Part shown: positions 50,725-64,000 of the stretch, piece by piece
How the letters are laid out: every line of letters begins with the position of its first letter
How positions within the stretch are numbered: the stretch's first letter is position 1
Made by a program: the position numbers and the translations under genes
NCBI RefSeq assembly: GCF_006345805.1
Contig: NC_043006.1
Location: 63,302,001 to 63,366,000 of the forward strand
Reading direction: 5' to 3'
DNA: 64,000 nt
From: Octopus sinensis
Taxonomy: Eukaryota
Notes under the pieces: model-generated
Databases searched by the model: none
Seen by the model: only the letters and a program-made list of their open reading frames with translations
What the model was told of the DNA's origin: nothing

Positions 50725-51125
50725 TGATGGACTCTGCCGTCGGTTTCGACGTTTAAGGCTCCGATAATGTTCTCTTTCTTTGTCAGTCATAATGCTTATG
50801 TGGAATGTGACATTTAAATCCCGCCAACGATTTGCAAAGAAAGCCACATATGTTACAAATATGAGCATGACAGGTCAGTGCGGGTTGTATACTTGCAGCC
50901 GCTTTTCTCCTTTGCCTTGCACCCCGAAGCCTGTTAATGCTTGTTGCAACAAAGTTTTTAAGACTATTTTGACGCAACGATCTCCGTTTTGCTCGTTCCA
51001 AGGCTGTTCGCTCAGAGGTGTTGTGAGATATCTTTATTTCTAAGAGTTTACTCTTCAGCTTGTCCTTATATCTGAGCCATAGTCGACCAACATCTCTGTA
51101 CCCCCTCTCAAGCCGACTGCACATG
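50725..51125 (-). mobile_element. RTE-clade LINE 3' end
   Basis: RYKDKLK, CNICGFLCKSLAGFKCH C-terminal zinc-finger-like motif typical of RTE/BovB-like ORFs; the 3' end abuts (TA)n. Confidence 0.75.
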
Positions 51126-51152
51126 AGTACTTACATACGACTTACACACACA

Positions 51153-51190
<38 letters not shown>

Positions 51191-51418
51191 GCACACTTAG
51201 CTTGGTTTTTTTCCTTGGGGCTGGCTAGATTGGAGCAATCACAAGATTAATCAGCCGAAATTGCGAGGATGATCCGGTTCTTGACTGAAGATTAGAGGCT
51301 TCGAATGACCCGTCCGTTTTTTTTGTATCGTCTACTTGAATGTTTTCCGTTCTTGTCCCATTTTGTATTTATATATACATCACTTAAGTGACAAAGGGTA
51401 CTAATCAGCACCAGTATT

Positions 51419-51575
51419 GCTAGAAATAAGAGTCAAAACAACTCAATAGCCACAGAAGCACAATCTTAATGACTGACAAGGGAGACAAACTCCCTACGGT
51501 CGCAGATGTAGCCAGATCATCGATGATTTCATATTGTGATGCTTAACGTCTCTTAATGCTCATCAGGCAAAGATT
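51419..51575 (-). ncRNA. Decayed hammerhead motif plus shared terminal motif
   Basis: Minus strand CTGATGA (51566-51560) ... GAAA / TCATCGATGA palindrome / TC, with TATTTCTAGC 87 nt downstream; stems I and II are damaged. Confidence 0.55.
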
Positions 51576-54269
51576 CCGTTTTCAAGGTCTACAAAACAGT
51601 CACCTGTGCATTTAACTTACTAAATTTAGAAATTTTATTTCAGATATAAACATTCAATGAAACGTTTAGTTTTCTTTTCTACACATGCTAAGATACTTCA
51701 CGTTTTATTTTGATTGTTGTACGGAACAATTAAATGGATTGCGTTGTTGTTCAGCCCTTAGCATAGTTGGTAATCAAAGATATTCCATTTGTGATCACTA
51801 AATCTTTTTTCAGGTATTATACATTGAGGGCTATATTATCCAATTTTTCTTTGCTTTGCTAGATAGTACGGTATACTTTCAGAAAGATTCGGTTTCTTTT
51901 TCTCATTGTCGGTTTAGTGAAAATATTTGCCCGTGTTGCTTTAGGTTGTATCGTGTTTGAAATGTCATAGTATCATTGACATGCCGTTCTTAGCTCCAGG
52001 TTAAGTCACGTCAACGAAATGAGAAATGAAATTTCATTCGGAATAAAATGAGAGTCTGTTATAAAGAAGTATAACAGTAAAATTCTAGGAAATAGTAATT
52101 GTATGCTTCGGAAAATGCGAGTTCGAATGTCGACAAATAATATATCATTTTATTGCAACGCAACGAAGAAGTCTAATTTTCCAACGGGGTATTTCGTTGG
52201 AGAGACGGAGAGTAAGAGAGAAAGCGAGACAGACAGACAGAGACAGATAGACAGACAGATAAAAATGCATACTGATAAATTACTCAAATAAAGTATAGGT
52301 GGTGGAGAACAGCGTATAGGAAAGCAGCAAGCGAAAAACAATTCTTAGTAGGTGGAAACGTAAATATTTAGAAATAAATGTTAGTAGGGAAAACGTATTT
52401 TGGGGGAAGGAAGCATATATTAAAAACGGGAAACAGATGTTAAAAACAGGAAACAGATGTAAGGAGAAGGAAACATATTGGTAGGTAGAAGTAGATGTGT
52501 TAGTAAGAAGAAACAAATGACGATCGGAGAAAACATAAGTTAGATTGAACAGATGTTGGAAAAGCAGGCGGATGTCATAAGTTAAAACAGATTATAGTAG
52601 GAGAGCACAAATGTCAGAAGAGCTAACATATTTTAGTTAACGGAAAGTGTGGGTTAGAAGAAAAATAAATGTTGGTGGAATAAGATATATTACTGTTGTA
52701 ATTTAGATATTAGAAGCGAGGAACAAATTAATAGAAGAAAACAAATATTTATGGAGGAAAGCATTTTAAGAATCACAAGTGACTTCCAGGAGATCTGATA
52801 ATTTCAACACCTTATGACAAGTGAAACTTAGTCATTTCTAGGTGAGACAAAACAACAAAACGCTGCTGCATATTTGAAATCCATGCTAGAGGAAAAAAAG
52901 GCAAATACATGTATATCCTATAAAATTACAGTATAAATTCTTAAATAAATTTGAAATTATCTCTGTCTCTACAGGATTTGTCACAATTACCAAATGGCAA
53001 TTAAAAACAGTTCCATATGAGAATAGGAGATAATTGCAAGAATCAGGAATTCTGTAAAGTTGATATACCATTAAGGAATAGGACAAGGTCCTTGTCTGGA
53101 GATAAGAGAACATTTGCATACGTACACTGGTTTCTATATCAATAGGCGTCATCAGACGTTGCTTTGGTTGAATAGTTTCTGATCCTTTCAATGGAATCGC
53201 CTTCACACCCACATATTGTGTTAAATTGCAAGATTGAAACCGATATCGGTGTATTTAGGATTCAAATGTGTGCAACTCTTGACGTTTTCAAAGCTATAAA
53301 CAGAAATAGAAATGAAATGTAATCTACATTAAACCACTACATAGCAAATAGAAAAGTCGATATAGACAAAAGAAAAAAATTATAAGTATTATATTTTCAA
53401 AGTGTGTTTCTATATTTTCTTATTGTTTTGTATTTCATGGTTTCTTTATGTTTGTTAGTTTGTGTTTGATTTTCCCGGTTGTTGTTTGTTTTTGTTTGTC
53501 TTTTGTCCTTTAATTTTATTTTATTGCATTAAAATATATTTCTGAAAAGATAAATTATATAAAGAAAATGTTCATAATACTGAAAGCAAAATTTAAAGAA
53601 ACAAAGGAAACCATTATCGTTAGATGTCTACAAATATTTTAAACGAAATCGGTGGAATATATAAAGCAGTATATAGGTCGAACGAGTCTCTCTATACAAA
53701 CCAAGAGTGTTTATGCAAAAATAAACAGACTTATATATTTATCTAATATCAGCGAAGCGATACATGCAATGAAATAGAAACCTACAGTAAAAATCGATAT
53801 GAAGCACATTGGATACGCTTATATATGTAAGTAAATGTATTGGTATATGACTGAATATACGTATATCTATGCATACATGTGTGTATTTATGTGTGCATGT
53901 ATGTGTGTGTATCTATGTATAAATGTAGCCAAAATCACTAAGGGATCTGACATGTTATGACATTTTAAATTCCTACGTAAATTTCCGGACACCTGTTTAA
54001 ATACTTCTATTGAACTTCATAAATATGTGCGTAAATTATTTGTTCACACACGCACATACCGAGGCGTATGTGTGCGTATATAAACGCCACTCCTCCAAAT
54101 GAAAACTTTACATGCCACTATGGCACAGAGCAAAGCAGGACTTACTGTCCACCCCAGAAAACACGCAGTAAGTGATCCATAAGCACTCGAGCAAACTGAG
54201 GCCTATACTTGAGCCATTTGCCAACAGGTTTGCAAGGCATCAGCAGAACTGAGAAAAACATCGTCGGAT

Positions 54270-54450
54270 CACCATCCGTGAGTTATCAGAGGATGTGCAA
54301 ATTAGTTACGGTTAAGTTCAGTCCATCACTGAAGATTTGGGTATGAGACGCGTATCTGTCAAAACTGCTTTCAGCTAAGAAGATACTCGGGTTTCAGTGA
54401 CACAAGATCTCCTTGATTTTGTCGAGAACAATGAAAACTTTTTGTAAACT
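54270..54450 (+). mobile_element. Mariner transposase fragment
   Basis: HRRITIRELSEDVQISYG..EDLGMRRVS..DLLDFVENNENFL. Confidence 0.7.
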
Positions 54451-54689
54451 GTGTGTAGGCGTCTGAGCAGGTATCGCCAAAATTTGATGCATATTCTCTG
54501 CAAATTGGCAAAATTTGATGCAGATTCTCTGCTAAACATTCTCTGTCATGATCAATGCGATGAGCAAACGCTACACATCTTCCTTTCAAGCACTGCTGTA
54601 AACAGCGGAAATATGCTTCAATCTTAGAACTTAATGCACATACACAGCAGGTTTCAAGATCAATCTGTGCCAAGCAGCTTTACTCTGCA

Positions 54690-55040
54690 TGCTTTAGCTT
54701 CGTTGTTATGGCAACAGTTCGGATACTTATTGATCAGACCACGTATTGTTTATTTGAGACAGATAAGAAAACAATGTAGCATCATAGAGGTCAACTGCCT
54801 TGCTGATGTAAATATCTCTTTGAAAATCAAAGAGAAAGAAGATAACTATGTACAACTGCTTCGACACCTCAAGCATCTATATCCGATTTACAAATTTACA
54901 TTTATACCAATAATAATTGGAGCACTTGGTTTTGTAAGTAAATGCCTACTTGTCGGTCTGGATAAGCTTTGATTTTCAGAAAAAGAAATCAACCGATTAG
55001 CACATTACAAATACAATCTGTAAGTGGAAGACTTTTCTCG
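54690..55040 (+). mobile_element. RLE-type non-LTR fragment, older relative of the 48565 copy
   Basis: RPRIVY..CSIIEVNCLADVNISLKIKEKEDNY..YKFTFIPIIIGALGFV. Confidence 0.8.
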
Positions 55041-55444
55041 GGCTTAAAATGTGACATTGTTTTTGCTATCTACATTCCCAAGATGGAGGCTTGTACCTTT
55101 GTTAGAAAACAGCCCCTTCTTCAGGGGAAAAATTTAAATGGTAGATACAGAAGAGATATACATATAGCATATATATATATATATATATATATGGAATATG
55201 GTACTTAAGTTGCGACACCAGAATTTAGTACGGTATTATCCATGCAATTTCAAAGTAAGGTGATTAAAATCAAAATAAGCAACAAGGATAATGCAGTACG
55301 ATCGTTTCATGCAACTCCATTTAATTGAACTATGTAATCATTGTTCATGACAGAGAAAACTGAGCAGAGAATTTACATAAAATCAATGGAGTTGCATGAA
55401 ACAATCGTACTGCATTACCCTTGCTGGATATCCTTATATATATA

Positions 55445-56378
55445 CGAGGGGGTAGCCAAAGCAAACCGGAATTTCGTAATATTATTTTATTCGTTTATTC
55501 ACTTAGTTTTACATGATTGCACTTTTATCGCCTTGAAAGTATTCTCCATTTGACCAGGAGGAACAAATTTTGCGTGGATAATTCCTTTCGAATCGATAAA
55601 ACAAATCAACATCGTCTTGACATTGGACTTCACATGACGCACATTTTGGGGGGCGTAGTGACATTGAATGCTACCATTGTCTCGATTGCTGCTTCGTTTC
55701 CGGGTTGTAGCCGTAGCATCAGCTTCCGTCACCAGTGATGACCTTCAAAAAAAAGATTTGGATCAACTTCCAACTGTTCTTTCCGTTCACGACACGCATT
55801 TAGTCGTGACTACTTTTCATCTTCCGTGAGCAAGTGAGGCACAAAAATTTTTTTCTGCAACTCCTTCCATTTGCTTTTTCTCGCTCAAAATTCGTTGGCA
55901 GGCACTTCACTCATATCAATATGTTGCTCAATTGTTCGGCGACGGTCCTCCAAAATCAGTTCATGAAAACATCATGCGGTGTTTTCATTCGTTCGGGAGG
56001 TCGACGGTCGCCCTGAACGAGATTGGTCATCAAGCAACAAGTTATCGTTTCTTAACTTGTGTTTTGCTCATGGTAGCGTCCTTATAAGCGGTTGAATGCA
56101 TGACAACTGTTTCGACTGCCCCCCACCCCTTCCTAGTAGAAAGCAGAATTTCACGGAAGCACGTTGTTCCTTCGTTTCATCCACCGCAATAATCGACGAA
56201 CAGGCGAGAAGCACTGCCAAAAAATGTCGTATCACGAGGCAGTGCGACATCATCCGAAGACACCTGTCGGCAGACTCGTGCCTGAGAGTCACATCAAGTG
56301 GCTTCTAGCGGCGAAAGTCTGAACTACAATGGGTATTCCGACAGAGAACGTTTCCGGGTACTTTTGGGTACCCCCTCG
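55445..56378 (-). mobile_element. Mariner-like element with both TIRs, deleted and decayed
   Basis: TA|CGAGGGGGTAGCCAAAG and reverse complement TA|CGAGGGGGTACCCAAAAG. EQRASVKFCFLLG, FVPHLL, VITGDGS, KTMLICFIDSKGIIH. Confidence 0.88.
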
Positions 56379-56386
56379 TATATACA

Positions 56387-56432
<46 letters not shown>

Positions 56433-56435
<3 letters not shown>

Positions 56436-56657
56436 TTTGCTCTTTGCTTGTTTCAGTCATTTGACTGCGGCCATGCTGGAGCACCGCCTTTAGTCGAGCA
56501 AATCGACCCCGGGACTTATTCTTTGTAAGCCCAGTACTTATTCTATCGATCTCTTTTGCCGAACCGCTAAGTGACGGGGACGTAAAACAACCAGCATCGG
56601 TTGTCAAGCAATGCTAGGGGGACAAACACAGACACACAAACACACACACACACACAC

Positions 56658-56709
<52 letters not shown>

Positions 56710-56850
56710 TACGACAGGCTTCTTTCAGTTTCCGTCTACCAAATTCACTCACAAGGCAGAAGATACTTGCCAAGATGCCACGCAGTAGGACTGAACCCGG
56801 AACCATTTGGTTGGTTAGCAAGCTACTTACCACACAGCACTCCTGCGCCT
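56433..56850 (-). mobile_element. SINE family A, near full length
   Basis: Both ends abut (TA)n; internal (CA)(TA)n. Confidence 0.92.
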
Positions 56851-56899
56851 ATATATATATATATATATATAATCTATATATATATATATATGATATATA

Positions 56900-56962
<63 letters not shown>

Positions 56963-57270
56963 ATATATAGTAGAAATATATTACAAAAGAAACTATAAAA
57001 TATACGTGGAAATATAAGGGGAAAATAAGACAAATCAACGAAAATGCAAATTGTAAATAAAAAAAGAAAAGGCTTTTATGAAAGTTAACGACAGATATAT
57101 ACAATTAGATGGACTGAGGTAGTCATAAAAGTCATAAAAGTCATTATAACGAGATGATTAAAAAGTCAGAAAACAAAGCATACCATGGTTTCTTCATAAG
57201 CTATTCATTGCTTTGAATAAACACCTGTATATAGATATACATATATGTGTGTGTGTGTGTGTGTGTGTGT

Positions 57271-57303
<33 letters not shown>

Positions 57304-57600
57304 ACAAGACTGAAATAGAAACGTAGGCAACCAAACAACACACACACGTATCAGTCTGTTGATGATGCTATGAATAAGACTTACAAGTCCAAATGATAAC
57401 TGAAATACATAATAAGTAAGAAAAGTGCAGACAATTTTCTATTCCTAGTACACTGCCAGTTTGACAGCGTTATATAACAGTTCCTGTTCACCGCTTCCAT
57501 TCTGTATTTATGAACGAAACCACTTTCGGTTCTAAGTAAATATGACCTGATATTGGCTCTTCCAAAGGGTGGGTGATATTTTTAAGCAGACAACTGAGGT

Positions 57601-57731
57601 TTAACCCTTTAGCATTCAGATTGCTCTTGTCAAATATGATGCGTATTTACTCACATTATTTTGTAGTTTAGAGATTTCGATCATGTGCCTGTTTAGTTTT
57701 AGAATGGCCGGCTTGAATGCTGAAGGTTTCA
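57601..57731. mobile_element. piggyBac-type MITE remnant
   Basis: TTAA|CCCTTTAGCATTCA ... TGAATGCTGAAGGT|TTCA. Confidence 0.7.
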
Positions 57732-57851
57732 GAAGGTCTTTGTGAAAAGGAATTCTCTCTAATTCTACTTTCATTCTTTTTCTATTGAATCTCAACAGCC
57801 AGTAAATGTATTCTTAAACTTTAAAATTATGACTTTACACTAACATCCATA

Positions 57852-57894
<43 letters not shown>

Positions 57895-58140
57895 CTTCAT
57901 GTTTGTATATGTGTGTGTATACATTGTTCATATGTATGTGTATGTATATCTTCATGTTTATATGTGTGTATATGTTGTTTATTTGTGTGTGTATGTGTGT
58001 ATGTGTGTGTTATTTAAAAAGAGTTTGATCCGGCCCCATGCAATTTCAGGTTTCGTGGGTTTCTGTAACGATCTTGTGGAACTCTAAACTGCGTGGGGCC
58101 GAATCAAGCCATTTAAAATAATAGTATATATAATACCTAT

Positions 58141-58370
58141 TTCTTTATTACCCACAAGGGGCTAAACACAGAGGGGACAAACAAGGACAGACATAGGTAT
58201 TAAGTCGATTACATCGACCCCAGTGCGTAACTGGTACTTAATTTATCGACCCCGAAAGGATGAAAGGCAAAGTCGACCTCGGTGGAATTTGAACTCACAA
58301 CGTAACGCAGACGAAATACCGCTAAGCATTTCGCCCGGCGTGCTAACGTTTCTGCCAGCTCGCCGCCTTA
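58141..58370 (-). mobile_element. tRNA-derived SINE, second major family
   Basis: Minus strand GGCGGCGAGCTGGCAGAAACGTTAG (A box), GAGTTCAAATTCC (B box), then GCCTTTCATCCTTTCGGGGTCGATAAATT central domain. Confidence 0.85.
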
Positions 58371-59281
58371 TATATAATACCTGCTGAATATGTTGAGTGC
58401 CATTTTCTTTCGTTTTCCATTCATTCATATAAAAAAATATATATGTGTATGTATATATATATATATTATATAAGTGTGTATGTGTCTGCTTATGCGCGCA
58501 CGTGTGTGTGTGTACATCTGTGTGACTGCATGTGTGTGTGTGTATGTGCGTGTGTGTGTAAGATATAAATAACCTAAAGATCTGTTGATAAAATATTTGA
58601 AGTTTTAAATAGAGTAAAGAAATAACTTATATATATTGGTTCCACTTCAAGAAAAGGTAAATGAAAGAAATCATTATATTATGCGTGAAGTATTCAGTAT
58701 TGACTAGAAGGGAAGATTAGAGGAACGTTTCAATAAATTATACACCAATAAATTCTATGTATAGAAATTAAAATACTTAAGTGTTTTATGTATGTAAATT
58801 AACGGAAATATTTCAAACAATTTGGATGTGTATGTGCGCCTTATGTGTGTGTGTGTGTGTGGTGTGTGTGTGTGTGTGTGTGTGTGCGTGTGTGTGTTTG
58901 TGTGTATGTGTGTGTGTGTGTGTGTGCGTGTGTGTGTGTGTGTGCCTATGCGTCTGTCTGTGTGCATGTTACTATAAATTATTCAGTAATAAAAGTTTAT
59001 ATATGTAAATGAAAAAGCTAACTTATTTTTATCCATTTAAATTTACGGAACACACACACAGATTTGCATATGCATACAGATATATACGCATGTGTATGTA
59101 TGTATGTATGTATATATATATACATATATATATATATATTTATATACATATATACATATACATAGATATATATGTATACATACATACATTCATACATACA
59201 TACATACATACACACATACATACATACATACATACATACATACATACATACATACATACATACATACATACATACATACAT

Positions 59282-59415
59282 ACAGGAGTGGATGTGTGCT
59301 TACCAAACACATGGTTCCGGATTCAGTCTCACTGCGTAGCATCTTCGACAAGTGTCTTCTACTATAGCCTTGTGAGGGGATTTGGTAGACGGAAAGTGAA
59401 AGAAACCTGTCGTAT
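59282..59415 (+). mobile_element. SINE family A, head half
   Basis: AGGAGTGG head through GAAACCTGTCGTA. Confidence 0.8.
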
Positions 59416-59484
59416 CTATGTATGTATATATGTATATACATATATATATATATATTTATATATATATGTATGTATGTATGTATG

Positions 59485-59515
<31 letters not shown>

Positions 59516-59747
59516 CATTCAATGTTATTTGAAAAATATATTTACATTAAAATTTATAATCACATTGAAAATAAAGTTTGTATATAAATCTTAATTCATA
59601 CTTGCACAGACGCATGCGTATATGTATATATACTCTTTCCATGTTTCCATTTTCCTTTGCGTCAGCTTACTACGCTCGTCTGATGGTCGAAAGATCCCTT
59701 CTGTTATTTACTTATTTGTATTCGTATATCTCTTCTTTTTTTTTTTT

Positions 59748-60106
59748 GACATGTTTCAGTCATTTGACTGTGGCCATGCTGGAGCACCGCCTTTAGTCGA
59801 GCAAATCGACCCCAGGACTTATCCTTTGTAAGCCTAGCACTTATTCTATCGGTCTCCTTTGCCGAACCACTGAGTTACGGGGACGTAAACACACCAGCAT
59901 CGGTTGTCAAGCGATGTTGGGGGGACAAACGCAGACACGCAAACATATACACACACATACCTATATACATATACATACGACGGGCTCCTTTCAGTTTCCG
60001 TCTACCAAATCCACTCACAAGGTTTTGGTCGACCCACGCAGTGGGACTGAACCCGGAACCATGTGGTTGCTAAGCAAGCTACTTACTACACAGCCACTCC
60101 TACGCC
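59748..60106 (-). mobile_element. SINE family A, near full length
   Basis: Tail to head with a small deletion in the CORE-like block. Confidence 0.92.
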
Positions 60107-60838
60107 TATATGTACAATTTCTTTCTTTTTTGTTTTTTTGCTTCTATTGTATAGCCGAAAAACGTAGTCATACGTGTATAATTCTAGCTTTTGATTCCGT
60201 TCCTGTTCTCGTGCTTGTACACATTCGTTTGCCCCTCCCAGAGGCATAAGATTTTTAGCTTAAGTCCCAGCCCCGCCCCCTGGATTCGAGTTGTATGGGA
60301 GATAAGGAGGCGAAACTACAAGGACATTCCGGACTCTTACTGATGAGTTAATCGGATACGAATAATCCACTCATTTTGTTTTTGCCCTGTTTGCCGTTTA
60401 TCGTGCTATCGTCCATTTTTCCGTATGTTGTGTTTCGTTGGCTTCCGTGTGTTGTGTTCTTTTTGTTCTATCTTTGATTTATACATATATATATATATAT
60501 ATATATAGGCATTTTCTCTCGTACACATATTCACGCATACATTTCTGTATACATATATATGCATTAATATATATGCATAAAGCTGTCTCGTTTTATAATA
60601 AAGGACATCACTGTGAGAATATAAAACTATATAAAATGAATAGTTAAAATGTTTTCTTTGGTTCAGTCACTCAGTAAAGTTTGCTACGGATCATTACGTG
60701 TTAATATATGTGAATGAGCGTGTGCGTGTATCCATATATGTGTGTGTATCCATATATGTGCGTGTACGCATATATGCATATACATCTATAATATATAATA
60801 CACATGTATGTATGTGTGTATGTATGTATGTATGTATG

Positions 60839-60872
<34 letters not shown>

Positions 60873-60919
60873 TGTATGTATGTATGTATGTATGTATGTA
60901 TGTATGTATGTATGTATGT

Positions 60920-61191
60920 ATATGTGCAGATTTGTATGTTTTGCTTTGTGTATATATTCTCATATCTAGACATGCTCATATATATTTAAATGATATACTT
61001 CAGGAAAGTTTTACAAATTTTTACAGTCCAATGATGGACTGAATCTGTAGCCTCCGAATTAGCTTTCTCCTTTCTGGTTTCGAGAAGCCTAATTTCTCAA
61101 GATTGGTATTTAGGCAGTATGTTACATATCCCAGGGCCCCAATAATTACAGGTATGAACCTGAACTTGTAATCTGGATAGAGTAACTGCAG
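60920..61191 (-). mobile_element. RLE-type non-LTR 3' fragment, same family as 48565-49370
   Basis: LQLLYPDYKFRFIPVIIGALGYVTYCLNTNLEKLGFSKPERRKLIRRLQIQSI; flanked by (TATG)n on both sides. Confidence 0.88.
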
Positions 61192-61751
61192 ATGTGTATG
61201 TATGTATGCATGCATAAAACAGTATGATTACAGTAGATACCTATCAATTTTCTAGATTACGTATAGGAAAAACATAACTGATTTTATTTATAGTTTTGTA
61301 TTTGAAACCTGCTTGTGAATTACTGGTGAGATATGTTCGAATTGTGAAGTTTCTAGTAGTTGTTAACTTTGTCAGAAGTAGTAGAGATAAGGTAATGATA
61401 CAGAACGTGTTTATTCGAATAAGCTATTATAGGAAATAACGGTAGATTGAAGAAATAGATCAAAATTAATGTATGTGTATGCAATGTATATATATATCTT
61501 ATAATAAACTTTTTAATACTTTTTGATAGTTATATATAATTTTTTTTTAAATTATAAATATAAATATAAATATAAATATGAATTAATAATTTTGAATTTA
61601 AATAATTTGAATTTTTATATTTTATAAATTTTGTAAATTATATTAATTGTTTTTATTTTTATGTTTTGGTTTATATTTTTCACTGTTTGATTTGCCTAAT
61701 AGTGGTTTTATCTCTAATTTACTTTATATATATACATATATATATAGGTAT

Positions 61752-61829
<78 letters not shown>

Positions 61830-61830
61830 T

Positions 61831-62300
<470 letters not shown>

Positions 62301-62623
62301 ATATATAAATATTTTAATCTTCGGATTCTTTTTTAATATGCTAGACCACTGGTCTTAATTGATAAATATCAATTTCTACCCTTAATTAATTATATATATA
62401 TACATATATTATATACACACATATATGTATATATATATACATACATGTGTGTGTTCGGATATGTATATATAAATATATATATGTATATGTATATATGTGT
62501 GTGTGTGTGTATATGGTGTGTTGTGTGTGTTACAATTTAGAACAACAATAACAGATTATCATTATAGTACTCGGAGTTTCGAATGTCAGAGCGGAGAGCT
62601 ACGATACATACATACGATACATA

Positions 62624-62720
<97 letters not shown>

Positions 62721-62914
62721 ACATATGTGTGTGTGTATGTATGATATGTGACGCAACTTCATCCTCATATACACATAGGTGCTTACATGCATACATGTAA
62801 CATAATACATATACATTTAGATATTTATACGTATAAATATGCGTATATATATATACTGACATACATTCACTCTCCCGCATATATACAAACATATGCATAT
62901 CCATATAAATGAAG

Positions 62915-64000
62915 TGGCCAGTTCCCCATATAGGGAACCTTTTGGAATCCTTCCGTCCAGCATGCGATGTACATGACCGAGCAAGTGCAAACGAAGCTCT
63001 GGAGCAGGTGAGAATGCTGGGTATCTTGGCTTGGTTGAGGACTTAGGTGTTGGTGATGCGGTCGCTCCACTTGATATCCAAGATACGTCTCAAATTACAA
63101 AAGTGAAAGACATTGTGACGCCACTCCTATCTGGAGTAGAGGCTCCACGTCTCACTGCCGTAAAGTAGCGTACGAAGGACGCAGGCAATCTTGGTGTTTG
63201 AAGCCAGCTTTTTGCTTTCCCAGACTCTCTTTGTGAGCCTGACAAATATAGAGGATGCTTGTCCGATTCGTCTGTTGATCTCAGGGTCCGGGGAGAAGTC
63301 ATCAACGATGGTACAGCCAAGATAGGTGAATTGATGGACTACCTCCAGCTTGTAGTTGTAGATGGTGGTGGTGGTGGTGGTGGTGGAGAGGTGCTTGACA
63401 TTTTGGCTCATTACTTGGGTCTTCATCAGATTGATAAGCTGAATTCCTGACAGGCCTTTGAGAGTTTGTCCACGAGGTGTTGCATTTGTTCTTCAGAGTG
63501 CACTGTGAGTGCCGCATCGTCCGCGAACAGCATTTCTCTGACGAGTTCCTGTTATATCCTGGATTTTGCTTTCAGCATCGACAGACTAAACAGTTTACCG
63601 TCTGATCTGGTGTGAAGGTAAACACCATCAGCTGATGTCCCAAATGCATGTTTCAGCATAACTGACATACTAGCTTCTGACATAGTAGCTTCAGCAAGTA
63701 GCTAAGTAGAACTTGCCTTGAACATCTGATGATCTCTGGCGGGATGCCACTAAACCCGGTGTTTTTCCACTGAGCAAGCCATCAATGGCTCTGCTCAGTT
63801 CTTCGGCAGTTGGCAGTGTGTCTAGCTCCTCCATGACACGTAGGTGTTCTACAGTGTCTAGGGCACTGTCCGAGATGTTGTTTTCCTTGGCTTAGAGTTC
63901 GGAATAATGTTCCACCCAGCTCTTCCGATGCGCTCTTTTGCCCCTGATAACTTCCCTTGTTCTGGATGTGAGTGGAGCTATCTTGCTCTGGGTTGGGCCG
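62915..64000 (-). mobile_element. RTE-clade (BovB-like) LINE ORF2 fragment running off the window
   Basis: SDGKLFSL, REMLFADDAAL, LEVVHQFTYLG, EINRRIGQAS, TLLYGSETW, WSDRITN. Confidence 0.92.

Noticed and set aside
58012-58120. About 30-bp imperfect inverted repeats, with a similar small hairpin at about 21059-21147
   Set aside because: Short, no ribozyme core or shared motif; probably MITE remnants.

Overview
AT-rich animal genomic DNA with dense microsatellites. The SINE families present look like those I recall from Octopus, so a cephalopod origin is inferred, not proven. The only host gene I can support is the 3' part of a GPR158/GPR179-like class C GPCR on the + strand. It has four coding exons (3723-3861, 6634-6745, 16929-17135, 23655-23864) that splice in frame through GT-AG junctions and encode TM5-TM7 plus a short C-tail; upstream exons were not found in the window. 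The rest is intronic or intergenic and dominated by decayed mobile elements: Penelope-like retroelements (PLEs, Naiad-like RT/GIY-YIG), R4/Dong-like RLE non-LTR fragments, RTE and L1/Tx1-like LINEs, mariner, Tc1, DD37D and hAT DNA transposons, MITEs and several tRNA-derived SINE families. The most notable signal is a set of minimal type-I hammerhead ribozyme motifs (CTGANGA - stem II - GAAA - short or palindromic stem III - NUH). Some sit inside non-coding fold-back elements with 70-250 bp inverted arms. Several of those fold-backs share a terminal motif (TATTTCTAGC, then about 30 nt, then CC(C)TT/A) with a dispersed repeat family. One hammerhead lies directly at the 3' end of a Naiad-like PLE fossil. 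This suggests a family of non-autonomous, ribozyme-carrying, PLE-mobilised fold-back elements. All alignments and folds were done by eye. Nearly all long ORFs in the supplied track are microsatellite or transposon artefacts.
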